Assembly: GCA_037131755.1 (NCBI GenBank)
Contig: JBAXQJ010000002.1
Location: 8,851 to 72,850 of the forward strand
Length of the DNA stretch: 64,000 bases
Direction of reading: 5' to 3'
Origin: a bacterium
GTDB lineage: Bacteria; Patescibacteriota; Minisyncoccia; Phycocordibacterales; GWA1-40-21
The position numbers were made by a program, and so were the translations under genes. Of the stretch, positions 1 through 10,217 are shown piece after piece. The notes below the pieces were generated by a model, which saw only the letters and a program-made list of their open reading frames with translations, ran no database searches and was not told the DNA's origin. The stretch's first letter is position 1. Every line of letters starts with the position of its first letter.

Positions 1-144
1 GGCAGTCGAGCGGGGCTCCTGCAAAGTAAACTTTGTAAATGATTTCACTCAACAATTTTTCAAAAGGAATTGGTTGAGACGATACTAGGATCAAAAAGGA
101 ATTGTCTGATGTATAGAATTTGTTCAAGCAATTGATTAAATGAT

Positions 145-170
145 ATTATTCTTTCTTTTGTTCCGTTCAA
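145..170 (+). other. 5-prime arm of the rRNA precursor processing stem; pairs with 1988..2014
   Basis: tattctttcttttgttccgttcaa is the reverse complement of ctgaacggaacaaaagaaagaata downstream of the 16S. This is the usual RNase III-type flanking stem. Confidence 0.6.
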
Positions 171-204
171 TCAAAAATTTAAATTAAAATTTATTTTTTA
201 TTTA

Positions 205-1833
<1,629 letters not shown>

Positions 1834-1987
1834 AAATTGAACAACGTCATTTTAAGATTCTTTGAATCTTAAAATGACTTACTGTGTCGATTTTAAATGC
1901 CTCAATTGAGCATTTAAAGGTTTGTCTAAACCTTAAATAGATGGTTTGCCAGAACCAAAAACTTGCTGACTTTCAGGAAAGACTGAT

Positions 1988-2014
1988 ACTGAACGGAACA
2001 AAAGAAAGAATATT
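1988..2014 (+). other. 3-prime arm of the rRNA processing stem
   Basis: Reverse complement of 145..170. Confidence 0.6.
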
Positions 2015-2023
2015 ATAAGAAAG

Positions 2024-2048
2024 GCCACTCGCAAGGGTGGTTTTTCTG
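2024..2048 (+). terminator. Rho-independent terminator after the 16S
   Basis: ccactcgcaagggtgg hairpin followed by tttttct. Confidence 0.6.
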
Positions 2049-2088
2049 TTGCCACAATACCCCTTATATAGAGGCCTATTTTGGTCTA

Positions 2089-2116
2089 TTGACAAATATC
2101 TACAATATGATATACT
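2089..2116 (+). promoter_or_regulatory. Sigma70-like promoter
   Basis: ttgaca, a 16-nt spacer, then tatact. Confidence 0.4.
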
Positions 2117-2173
2117 TTTAGAGTATTTGAACATTGTTAATTGTGTGCATAAACTTCCAAACAAGGAGTAAGT

Positions 2174-2443
2174 ATGAACAGGATAAGAAAAGAGATTGAG
2201 CGCCGTCAGCTGAGTATCGGCGATGCGTTGCTGTTGCAGCAACGTTCGCATGATGAAATCATGTCTGTCCAAAGATCGTACAATTGGGCGGTCATGCGTT
2301 ATGAACTCGGTTGCGCCTTAGACGACCTCCACGAACTGTTGTTCGGCTGGATGGTCGGGCACGAGAAGGAATTGACGACCTTGGTCTTGGCACTCGGGTT
2401 TGCAGCGATAGTTATGACAATGGTTCTCAAGCCCCTGTTGTAA
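2174..2443 (+). CDS. Hypothetical small protein (89 aa) with a C-terminal TM helix
   Basis: The ORF has aaggag 7 nt upstream and a promoter upstream. Confidence 0.5.
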   Translation: MNRIRKEIERRQLSIGDALLLQQRSHDEIMSVQRSYNWAVMRYELGCALDDLHELLFGWMVGHEKELTTLVLALGFAAIVMTMVLKPLL

Positions 2444-2587
2444 TACTTCATCGCTTATGGGCGCCGGTAGATTTATCTACTCGGCGCTCATTTTAAATTG
2501 GATGTTGTTGAAATTAAATAATCATGCTAATTTCTTAAGAGTGTTTTTTCTGGTCTTTTTGTAAACCGATAGAAAGTGAGGTCTAAA

Positions 2588-2953
2588 ATGCCGTACGAAA
2601 ACAAACACGGAAGCCGGCTAATCAATGGCCCAGAGATGATTGTGGAGCCGAAGATCGAAGCTGTCTCATATGTCTACAATCCAGATAGCTTGTGGCATCG
2701 GCAGATGCTTCGGCTGTATATCTTTGTTCGCGAAGTTAAAAATCAGATCAAGGACTTATTGCAGACATGGTTTCGGATTGCGGTGGTTGGGCTGGCGGTG
2801 GTCGGAATGTTTCTGCTTTTTGCTGCCCTAGCTCTCGGATTTGTTTGTATTGTTTTGGTTTCGCTCGGAATACTTTTGATCATCACTTGGGTCGTGTTGT
2901 CGACGATACTGTCTCCATATTTGGAAAGGATCTTTCTGTATCTGTTGAGCTAA
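2588..2953 (+). CDS. Hypothetical membrane protein (about 121 aa, two TM helices)
   Basis: ATG at 2588 is preceded by agtgagg. The listed ORF starts at the GTG at 2576. A hydrophobic segment is present and a terminator follows. Confidence 0.5.
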   Translation: MPYENKHGSRLINGPEMIVEPKIEAVSYVYNPDSLWHRQMLRLYIFVREVKNQIKDLLQTWFRIAVVGLAVVGMFLLFAALALGFVCIVLVSLGILLIITWVVLSTILSPYLERIFLYLLS

Positions 2954-2958
2954 ACATA

Positions 2959-2993
2959 CCCCCGTCACAACATTGTGGCGGGGGATTTTGATT
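2959..2993 (+). terminator. Rho-independent terminator
   Basis: cccccgtcacaacattgtggcggggg followed by attttgatt. Confidence 0.65.
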
Positions 2994-3008
2994 GTGCGCG
3001 CACTAGGA
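2993..3008. repeat. Duplicated copy of the tRNA-Ile 3-prime end (att-like direct repeat)
   Basis: tgtgcgcgcactagga is identical to 3268..3283, which is the 3-prime end of the tRNA-Ile gene plus flank. Confidence 0.4.
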
Positions 3009-3149
3009 GTTTTTCCCTCGACTAAATTTTCGCCGTCGCTCAAATTTGTCTGGGCACCAGCTCACTCGTTTTTCTTGCTAGAAAAACATCGTTCCGCTGT
3101 TCAAATCCTAGACGGCAGCAAAGCAGTTTGCTGCCTTGCGTGCACCTTG

Positions 3150-3210
3150 TGGTCACGGATAATTTTCTGCTGAAAATTTCCGCGACCCCGTCTCGCGCCG
3201 TCGCGCTCCG
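3150..3210. repeat. Family-1 nested-hairpin intergenic repeat, copy A
   Basis: cacggataattttctgctgaaaat...ctcgcgccgtcgcgctcc. Related copies lie at 39925, 48841, 52299 and 61843. Confidence 0.55.
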
Positions 3211-3223
3211 ACCCGCACATCGC

Positions 3224-3249
3224 AAAAGAAAAACACCTTAAGAAAGGTG
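3224..3249 (-). terminator. Terminator for the tRNA-Ile (bidirectional hairpin)
   Basis: caccttaagaaaggtg hairpin with an A-run before it and a T-run after it on the plus strand. Confidence 0.5.
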
Positions 3250-3269
3250 ATTTTCATATATTTGCGATG

Positions 3270-3342
3270 TGCGCGCACTAGGATTTGAACCTAGGACCCC
3301 ATCAGTATCAGTGATGTGCTCTACCAACTGAGCTATGCGCGC
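3270..3342 (-). tRNA. tRNA-Ile (anticodon GAT)
   Basis: Cloverleaf GCGCGCA-TA-GCTCAGTTGGTAGAGC-A-CATCA-CTGATAC-TGATG-GGGTC-CTAGGTTCAAATCCTAG-TGCGCGC-A. No CCA is encoded. Confidence 0.85.
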
Positions 3343-3413
3343 ATTAATTTATGGAGAGAATATATCAGAAAATTGGCAAAAAGACAATGCAATTCTTATT
3401 ATAAGGTTTGGTT

Positions 3414-3441
3414 TTGAAAAAAGGTAATTTCATGCTACAAT
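3414..3441 (+). promoter_or_regulatory. Candidate promoter for pyk
   Basis: ttgaaa, a 16-nt spacer, then tacaat. Confidence 0.35.
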
Positions 3442-3514
3442 ACCGGCTCAAATTTAATAGGTCATTGCTCCGCGTAAAAGCGGGCAATTTTAATGGGTAA
3501 TAATAATATTTTGT

Positions 3515-4939
3515 ATGAATAGCGTCAAAAAAACAAAAATAGTCTGTACGATCGGACCGGCAACGGAATCTGAGAAAGTGTTGGGCGAGCTGGTCGGTGC
3601 CGGCATGAATGTGATGCGTCTGAACTTTTCTCATGGCGATTTTGCCGAACATCAGGTGCGAGTGAATAATATCCGAAACATAATCAAGAAAACCGGCAAG
3701 CCGATAGCTATTTTGCAGGATTTGGCCGGCCCAAAGATCCGAATCGGCGAATTTGAAAAGGGTCTGACCGTTCTCAAGGAAGGCGCTAAATTCACTTTGA
3801 CGACTGACAAGATCGTTGGTAATGATGAAAAAGTTTCCATCAATTACCCGATGTTGCCAAAGGAAGTGAAGGTTGGTGATCATATCTTGTTGCACGATGG
3901 CAAGAAAGCCCTTCTGGTCACCGAAATAAAAGGCAATGACGTTATCTGTAAGGTGACGGTTGGCGGTGAAATAAAAAGCCGACGCGGTGTGAACCTTCCC
4001 GATTCAGACTTGTCCGTCAGTTCTATTACTGAAAAAGACAGAAAGGATATTGCTTTTGGCTTGAAAAACAAGGTGGATTATTTCGCCCTGTCTTTTGTGA
4101 GACGACCGGCTGACATAACCGAGCTTAAAGATATCCTCGCCAAGGCTAAAAGTGATGCGAGAATAATCGCCAAAATTGAAACTCCTCAAGCCCTAAAAAA
4201 CATCGATGAAATTATTAAACTATCCGATGGCATTATGGTTGCCCGGGGGGATTTGGCCGTAGAAATTCCCGCTGAAGAGGTGCCCTTGGTCCAGAAGATG
4301 TTGATTCAGAAATGTAATCAGGCGGGTAAGCCGGTCATTACCGCTACCCAGATGCTTGAATCGATGATTAATTCTCCAGTGCCAACTCGCGCCGAAGTCT
4401 CTGACGTGGCTAATGCTATCTTAGATGGTACGGATGCCATCATGCTTTCCGAGGAAACCACCCTCGGTCAATTCCCAGTCAAGGCTGTCCAGATGATGAC
4501 CAGGATTGCGGAAAAAATCGAAAGCGATTCCCAATATCGAACTTTGGTTACTTCTCGAAAATACAGCGATCCGATTAAGAGGACATCCGATGCCTTGGGT
4601 AACGGCGCAATGGAAGTGGCCAAGGAAAGCGGGGCGAAGGTTATTGTCGCTCTGACGGATCGTGGTTTTGCTGCCCGAATGATTTCTCGCTATAAGCCAG
4701 AGCAAAAGATTTTGGCGTTGACCCCGAATGAAAAGACTAGAAATTGGCTGGCCCTGTCTTATGGTTGCTCGACGGTCGTCTGCAAGAAATTTGGTCAGAT
4801 AAATGAAGCGATCAAGGAAGCAAAAGCTTTGACTCTAAAGAGCAAGATGGCAGTGAAGGGAGACAAGATTGTGATTGTCTTTGGCTTGCCACTTGGAAAG
4901 AGTGGGGGAACTAATTCATTGATTGTGGAAACACTATAA
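3515..4939 (+). CDS. pyk: Pyruvate kinase
   Basis: 474 aa, full-length PK domain architecture. Motifs include MRLNFSHG, the K/T-loop region, and a C-terminal regulatory domain. Confidence 0.9.
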   Translation: MNSVKKTKIVCTIGPATESEKVLGELVGAGMNVMRLNFSHGDFAEHQVRVNNIRNIIKKTGKPIAILQDLAGPKIRIGEFEKGLTVLKEGAKFTLTTDKIVGNDEKVSINYPMLPKEVKVGDHILLHDGKKALLVTEIKGNDVICKVTVGGEIKSRRGVNLPDSDLSVSSITEKDRKDIAFGLKNKVDYFALSFVRRPADITELKDILAKAKSDARIIAKIETPQALKNIDEIIKLSDGIMVARGDLAVEIPAEEVPLVQKMLIQKCNQAGKPVITATQMLESMINSPVPTRAEVSDVANAILDGTDAIMLSEETTLGQFPVKAVQMMTRIAEKIESDSQYRTLVTSRKYSDPIKRTSDALGNGAMEVAKESGAKVIVALTDRGFAARMISRYKPEQKILALTPNEKTRNWLALSYGCSTVVCKKFGQINEAIKEAKALTLKSKMAVKGDKIVIVFGLPLGKSGGTNSLIVETL

Positions 4940-4975
4940 AAGTAGATCGTATATTGTAGAGGGTAGATAGAGCAA

Positions 4976-5013
4976 AGCCGGAATTCGCGTAGCGAATTCC
5001 GGCTTTGATTTTT
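4976..5013 (+). terminator. Rho-independent terminator after pyk
   Basis: agccggaattcgcgtagcgaattccggct followed by ttgattttt. Confidence 0.7.
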
Positions 5014-5041
5014 GAAGGTTTTACTATAGTATATGGCTATT

Positions 5042-5125
5042 GCCGCGGTGGCGAAATTGGTAGACGCGCTACGTTCAGGTCGTAGTTCTCGCAAGGGATT
5101 GGAGGTTCAAATCCTCTCCGCGGCA
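5042..5125 (+). tRNA. tRNA-Leu (anticodon CAG)
   Basis: 84 nt with a long variable arm. Anticodon loop ttCAGgt, T-loop GGTTCAAATCC, acceptor GCCGCGG / CCGCGGC. Confidence 0.8.
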
Positions 5126-5168
5126 CATGAGGGATTACAAGGAATGTTTCAAAGGTAAGAAAATAACC

Positions 5169-6506
5169 ATGCTTGGTCTCGGCCTTCTTGGTCGCGGTTT
5201 GAACGACGCCAAGTTTTTGGCCGAATGCGGAGCAGACCTGATCGTGACTGATTTGAAAACCGCTGACGAATTGAAACCAACGCTAAAAAAGTTACAATCT
5301 ACAAAATCCAATCTACAATCTACAAAATTTGTCTTGGGCGAACACCGATTGGAAGATTTCCGTAATCGCGATTTTATTTTGAAATCGGCTGGTGTTCCGC
5401 TTGGTTCTCCGTATATTGCCGAAGCTAAAAAAAACAATATTCCGATCGAGATGGATGAATCCTTGTTTTTCAAATTGGTTTCCGATGTCACATTAATCGG
5501 TGTGACTGGTACTAGGGGTAAAACCACCACAACCTATTTGATATACGAAATACTCAAAGCCGCTTATGGCGAGAAAGTCCATCTTGGCGGAAATATTCGC
5601 GGTTTAGCGACTTTGCCTCTTCTAAAAAAAATCCGACCTGGCGATATGGTGGTCGCGGAGCTTTCTTCCTGGCAGCTGCAGGGTTTTGGCGAGGCCAAAA
5701 TCAGTCCGCAGATTTCCGTGTTTACAAACCTCTTGCCTGATCATTTGAACTATTACCTGATCGGCAGCAAGGATGAAAAAGAGGCCAAACAGAAATATTT
5801 TTTAGACAAGGCTCAGATTTTTGCAAACCAAAAGGCCGGTGATCATTTGATTTTGGACAGGGATATCAAAAAAATCATTTTGCAAAGATACAGCAGAAAC
5901 ATTTTAAGTACACAAAAAATCATTGGCAACAGGTTACCCGCCGGTTGGAAACCCAAAATCAAAGGCGAACATAATGTCAGGCATATCTTGCGGGCAATGG
6001 AGGTGGCTAAGATTTTGGGTGTTGACCTGAAGATAATAAAAAAAGCTGTGGAGAATTTTGGTGGGGTGGACGGACGCCAGCAATTGGTCAGGGAGTATAA
6101 GGGGATAAAAATATATAACGATACGACGGCGACCACGCCGGACGCGACCGTCGTGGCTTTGAAATCTCTCGGTGATAAAAAGAAGAAGAACCTTGTCCTT
6201 ATTATCGGCGGTTCGGACAAGGGCCTGGTGATGTCGGTATTGATCAAGGAAGCGCCGAAATATTGCAAAAAAATTATTGTCCTTGACGGAATCGGATCAG
6301 ATAAATTAAAAATTCAGATTAGTAAGATAAAGGCCTGGGATTATGCCGAAGCCAGCAGCCTGAAAGAGGCGGTAAAAAAAGCTGTCGGATATTGCAAGCG
6401 CGGGGACACGCTTCTTCTCAGCCCCGCCCACGCTTCCAAAGGAATGTTTAAGAATGAATATGACCGAGGCGATCAGTTTGTAAAAATCATAAATGATTTG
6501 AAATAA
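5169..6506 (+). CDS. murD: UDP-N-acetylmuramoyl-L-alanine--D-glutamate ligase (MurD)
   Basis: N-terminal MLGLGLLGRG Rossmann motif, GTRGKTTTT P-loop, SSWQL, and a C-terminal Mur ligase domain. The listed ORF starts at 5127, only 1 nt after the tRNA. The ATG at 5169 is more likely. Confidence 0.8.
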   Translation: MLGLGLLGRGLNDAKFLAECGADLIVTDLKTADELKPTLKKLQSTKSNLQSTKFVLGEHRLEDFRNRDFILKSAGVPLGSPYIAEAKKNNIPIEMDESLFFKLVSDVTLIGVTGTRGKTTTTYLIYEILKAAYGEKVHLGGNIRGLATLPLLKKIRPGDMVVAELSSWQLQGFGEAKISPQISVFTNLLPDHLNYYLIGSKDEKEAKQKYFLDKAQIFANQKAGDHLILDRDIKKIILQRYSRNILSTQKIIGNRLPAGWKPKIKGEHNVRHILRAMEVAKILGVDLKIIKKAVENFGGVDGRQQLVREYKGIKIYNDTTATTPDATVVALKSLGDKKKKNLVLIIGGSDKGLVMSVLIKEAPKYCKKIIVLDGIGSDKLKIQISKIKAWDYAEASSLKEAVKKAVGYCKRGDTLLLSPAHASKGMFKNEYDRGDQFVKIINDLK

Positions 6507-6538
6507 AAAACGATGAACTGTGATGTTCATCGTTTTGG
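6505..6538. terminator. Bidirectional terminator between murD and the convergent dipeptidase gene
   Basis: aacgatgaac tgtg atgttcatcgtt flanked by A and T runs. Confidence 0.6.
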
Positions 6539-6547
6539 CCTGAATCG

Positions 6548-7300
6548 CTATCTTCCCAGATAACCATAGAGTGCCGCCGGCAGGCCCATTTGATCGGCAT
6601 ACATCTGGTCGAAGATCGAATAGTGCCACCATTCGGTCGGATTGCAGACAAAGCCGTGTTCAGTCATGAGCCAATAAAGCAAGCGCCGATTTTTTCGGGC
6701 TTCCTCCTCACGAGCCGAGAGACTTCGTTGTTTGGATTCATGTTCGAAATAATCCGGATACATGAGGCCTTTGCCTTTTCCAAACTCCAATTTCTCTCCG
6801 TCAACTTGCCTGATGTCGAGGTCGACTGCTCCACCGGTAGAGTGGGGCGGGGGAGAAAGAAACAATCTTTTCTTAGGCGGAACTTTTGTTATCCAGCCAG
6901 ACATTTCCTTTCGGATGTCTTCGTCTGACAGTTTCGTCTTTCCCTTTTTTATTTTCCAAAAGTTACGCCAATAGATTATGCGTTGGACTTGGATTGGCCG
7001 ATAAGCATCGCTTACATAGAGCATCAGGCCAACTTCCCGCAGTTCTCTGTCGATATCCAACAATATGCTGGCCACGGTCTTGCGCACAAACAAGTTTTCA
7101 ATTGCCCCCGCTATGGTTGGCAGTATTTTAAACTGGTAGTTTGCCCCAGCGATGCCTAATTTCCGAAGATCGACATCCCTCTCTTTGTGCAAGGGGTTGT
7201 GCCGGTTAATCGGGATATCATAGATGCTGCCTTTCGATTGCCTCGTGCCTGACAAATCTGTTATTGGCCTACTCCTATATAATTCAAGGTCTAATTTCAT
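6548..7300 (-). CDS. D-alanyl-D-alanine dipeptidase, VanX/DdpX family (peptidase M15D)
   Basis: HSTGGAVDL (SxHxxGxAxD zinc-ligand motif) and EWWHY (ExxH) are VanX hallmarks. aaggag sits 8 nt upstream. Confidence 0.7.
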   Translation of the reverse strand: MKLDLELYRSRPITDLSGTRQSKGSIYDIPINRHNPLHKERDVDLRKLGIAGANYQFKILPTIAGAIENLFVRKTVASILLDIDRELREVGLMLYVSDAYRPIQVQRIIYWRNFWKIKKGKTKLSDEDIRKEMSGWITKVPPKKRLFLSPPPHSTGGAVDLDIRQVDGEKLEFGKGKGLMYPDYFEHESKQRSLSAREEEARKNRRLLYWLMTEHGFVCNPTEWWHYSIFDQMYADQMGLPAALYGYLGR

Positions 7301-7376
7301 AGAACAACTCCTTTGTAATTAGTCTGGTGTTAAAATTAGCACACAAATAAGCTTTGTCAACTAAGGATTTTTAAGC

Positions 7377-7404
7377 TTGACAAATAATCTAGATATGCTA
7401 TAAT
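7377..7404 (+). promoter_or_regulatory. Sigma70-like promoter upstream of the GC-rich ORF
   Basis: ttgaca, a 16-nt spacer, then tataat. Confidence 0.5.
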
Positions 7405-7489
7405 AGACAACGAAGCTGGTTTTGAGTTCGCAACATAAAGTTGTGCAAAACCGGTAAAAAATAGAATAGAGAAAAGAAAGAGGTAGACC

Positions 7490-8452
7490 GTGAAGAAAGT
7501 GAATACGATAGTCGTGCATCAGAACCCGCATTTGGATGAGATCGTGGCCGTTTGGTTCCTTCGGAATTTCGGCGAGGAAAAGTTCCCCGGCGTTTCCGAA
7601 GCGAAGCTTACGACCTGGGGTCGCAAGGAATTGTCGCGGACGACGCCGGAGATGTGCGCGATGAGCGGAACTCTCCTTGTCGGCCTTGGTGGCGGAATGT
7701 TTGACGATCATCAGGACGATGGCGTTCGGAAGGATTGTGCCGCTGGTCTGGTTGCCAAGTATCTTGGCCTGGACAAGCTTGGCAAGCTGAAGAAGCTCAT
7801 CAACGACACCTACTTGGCCGATGCCAAGTGCGAAGGCGAGCTCTACTCGAAGGCGGAGGAGGTGAAAAATCTCAATCGCTATTGGGTGGGTTCGATCGAC
7901 GTTGAGCGTCTTTACGCTCAAGTCGAGCCGGCGATACTCGCCATCGTGGCGAGGCAGGAAGAATACTTGGAGGCCAAGAAGGTTTTCTACAAGGCCTACA
8001 AGCAGGAGGTCGGTCCGGCGGCGATCGTTGCCGTCGATAAGCTCGACAATCGCCAGTTCCAGTGCGTGGCGCGGAATATGGGAGGCAACGTGATCGTTCA
8101 GCGCAATGCTGACGGTCTGACGCAGATCTTCGGGTTTGACGACCTGCAGATGGATTGGTTGGCCGCCCGGATCCGCAAGCACGAGCTCTACGCCAGTCAG
8201 ATCAAGCCCCGGCATTTCTTGTCAGGCGAGTATCTGGCCTCGGCGGGAACGGTGCCGGAGGTGCCGCATTGGCATCTCGACCGGAACAATCTGTTGAACG
8301 GCTCTGAGTCGTTTACCGATGTTCCGCCTTCCGGGATTCCGTTCCGGGAGTTGGTGAACCTGGTCGAAAAGCACGCTTGGGAATTGTTCCAGGCGAAGGC
8401 TGATGGCCAGGATGGAGAAGCTCAGCCGAAGGCCGAGCAGGCAGTTGCCTAA
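7490..8452 (+). CDS. Divergent MYG1/UPF0160-like metal-dependent hydrolase (hypothetical), GC-rich
   Basis: GTG start with agagg upstream. VVHQNPHLDEIVAV and GGGMFDDHQ resemble the MYG1 motifs (HxGxFHxDE, RFDHHQ) seen in the paralog at 43570. A terminator follows. Confidence 0.45.
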   Translation: MKKVNTIVVHQNPHLDEIVAVWFLRNFGEEKFPGVSEAKLTTWGRKELSRTTPEMCAMSGTLLVGLGGGMFDDHQDDGVRKDCAAGLVAKYLGLDKLGKLKKLINDTYLADAKCEGELYSKAEEVKNLNRYWVGSIDVERLYAQVEPAILAIVARQEEYLEAKKVFYKAYKQEVGPAAIVAVDKLDNRQFQCVARNMGGNVIVQRNADGLTQIFGFDDLQMDWLAARIRKHELYASQIKPRHFLSGEYLASAGTVPEVPHWHLDRNNLLNGSESFTDVPPSGIPFRELVNLVEKHAWELFQAKADGQDGEAQPKAEQAVA

Positions 8453-8468
8453 TTGGCGACTGTGACAT

Positions 8469-8508
8469 AGCCAGGGAGATTAAGTTCTCCCTGGCTATTA
8501 TTTATTTA
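8469..8508 (+). terminator. Rho-independent terminator
   Basis: agccagggagattaagttctccctggct followed by attatttattta. Confidence 0.7.
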
Positions 8509-8557
8509 TAAAATTATCAGGGTTCATTATTCCCTGGTTTTCTGTTAAGATGTTTTT

Positions 8558-9955
8558 ATGCAGAATATTTTGAAAGAGGCAAAAATAGTGCATTTTATCG
8601 GTATTGGCGGTATCGGTATTTCGGCGATTGCCCGAATGCTTTTGTCAGAAGGGAAGACCGTGTCCGGGTCTGATGCTTCAGAGTCGGAAATCACGGTCGC
8701 TCTAAGAAAACTTGGCGCGGAGATTTTTATTGGCCAGAAAAAAGAAAACGTTCCGACCAATATTGATTTGTTTGTTTATACCGTAGCGGTAAAAGAAGAT
8801 AACCCAGAATTCATCGAGGCGAAATCCAGAGGGGTAAAGATGATGACTTATGCAGAGACTCTGAATGAAATTTCAAAATCTAAATACACCATTGCGGTAT
8901 CTGGAACTCATGGGAAAACCACCGTGACGGCCATGGTGGCAAAGATATTGATAGATGCTGGTTTGGATCCGACGGTAATCGTGGGTTCTCTGATAAAAGA
9001 TAAAAGTGGCGAGCCGACAAATTTTATTGCTGGCAAGTCGAAGTATTTTGTCGTAGAAGCTTGTGAATATGAACGGTCGTTTTTAAATATTGAGCCCAAA
9101 ATTGCCGTCATAAATAATATTGATGCTGATCATCTGGATTACTATGGTGACTTGAATGGTGTGATCGCCGGTTTTAATGAATTTGCCCAGAAAGTTCCTG
9201 GAGATGGTTTTGTGGTTTGTGATCCTCACGATGAAAAGGTCACCAAGTCACTTATTGGAATTGAAAGTAATATTGTCGATCGCAAAGAATTTTATTCAAA
9301 ATCAATCAAGCTGATGGTTCCCGGCGAGCATAATCGTCTTAATGCGGCGACCGCCATGGCGGTAGCCAAAGTGCTGGGTATCGAAACTGACCAGGCTTTA
9401 AAATCATTAGAAAGTTTTTCCGGAGCTTGGCGCCGTTTCGAATATAAGGGCAAAACAAAAGCGGGAACTATAGTCTATGAAGATTATGCCCATAATCCGC
9501 AGAAAATCCGTGCTGCACTCCAAGGAGCCAGAGAGATGTTCCCGGATAAAAGACTGGTGGTGGTTTTCCAACCACACTTATTTTCCCGCACCAAATTATT
9601 GCTGAATGAATTTGCCACTGCTTTTGGCGATGCTGATGAAATAATCTTGGCACCCATTTACCCGGCTCGCGAGGCTTTTGACCCCACTATAAGTTCGGAG
9701 ATTTTAGCAGAGGGGATTAAGTATAAAAAGCTCGAACAGGATATTTCTCGCCAGACACGAAAATCTTCTGCTGAAGATTTTCTCTGTCCGGCGCCGTCGC
9801 GCCTCCCAAGCTCTAACTCAAAACATCCCGTTCGAGCTTTCAAAAACTTTTCCGATATCGAAACCTACCTAAAATCCTCTCTTAGCCCAAACGATGTCCT
9901 CATTACTATGGGCGCCGGCGAGCAGTATAAGATAGGGGAGAATCTGCTGAAGTGA
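8558..9955 (+). CDS. murC: UDP-N-acetylmuramate--L-alanine ligase (MurC)
   Basis: HFIGIGGIGISAIA...VSGSD N-terminus, GTHGKTT P-loop, Mur ligase middle and C-terminal domains. Confidence 0.85.
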   Translation: MQNILKEAKIVHFIGIGGIGISAIARMLLSEGKTVSGSDASESEITVALRKLGAEIFIGQKKENVPTNIDLFVYTVAVKEDNPEFIEAKSRGVKMMTYAETLNEISKSKYTIAVSGTHGKTTVTAMVAKILIDAGLDPTVIVGSLIKDKSGEPTNFIAGKSKYFVVEACEYERSFLNIEPKIAVINNIDADHLDYYGDLNGVIAGFNEFAQKVPGDGFVVCDPHDEKVTKSLIGIESNIVDRKEFYSKSIKLMVPGEHNRLNAATAMAVAKVLGIETDQALKSLESFSGAWRRFEYKGKTKAGTIVYEDYAHNPQKIRAALQGAREMFPDKRLVVVFQPHLFSRTKLLLNEFATAFGDADEIILAPIYPAREAFDPTISSEILAEGIKYKKLEQDISRQTRKSSAEDFLCPAPSRLPSSNSKHPVRAFKNFSDIETYLKSSLSPNDVLITMGAGEQYKIGENLLK

Positions 9956-9985
9956 AAAGTTTTAAGGTTGAAAGTTTATAAGGTA

Positions 9986-10018
9986 AAATAACTTTCACCA
10001 TGGTGAAAGTTATTTTAA
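9986..10018 (+). terminator. Rho-independent terminator after murC
   Basis: aaaataactttcaccatggtgaaagttatttt. Confidence 0.65.
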
Positions 10019-10217
10019 AATATACTATGACGTATTTAGTCTGATGTGGTGTATTTGACAAAAGTTATTTTTATAGTAATTTGAATATTAAGAAAGTTCT
10101 CTGACAGAAAATCCATCAGCCAGCTTGGGGCTTTGATGGTGGTCCACTGCTTTGAATCCTAACCGAGTGGTTGGGTTTGGAGTAAAGGCATAAACCAAGT
10201 AAAAGAGGAGAGTAGAA

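Noticed and set aside
3365-3895. 176-aa minus ORF overlapping the pyk start and promoter
   Set aside because: It overlaps a high-confidence gene, has no signals, and has low-complexity composition.
5295-5330. Tandem short repeats considered as a possible CRISPR array
   Set aside because: The units are 9-13 nt with no spacers of constant length, they lie inside a CDS, and there are no cas genes. This is not a CRISPR array.
7361-8215. 284-aa minus-strand ORF antisense to the GC-rich MYG1-like gene
   Set aside because: Long antisense ORFs are expected in GC-rich DNA. The plus-strand ORF has a promoter, an SD, a terminator and recognisable motifs. The minus ORF has none of these.
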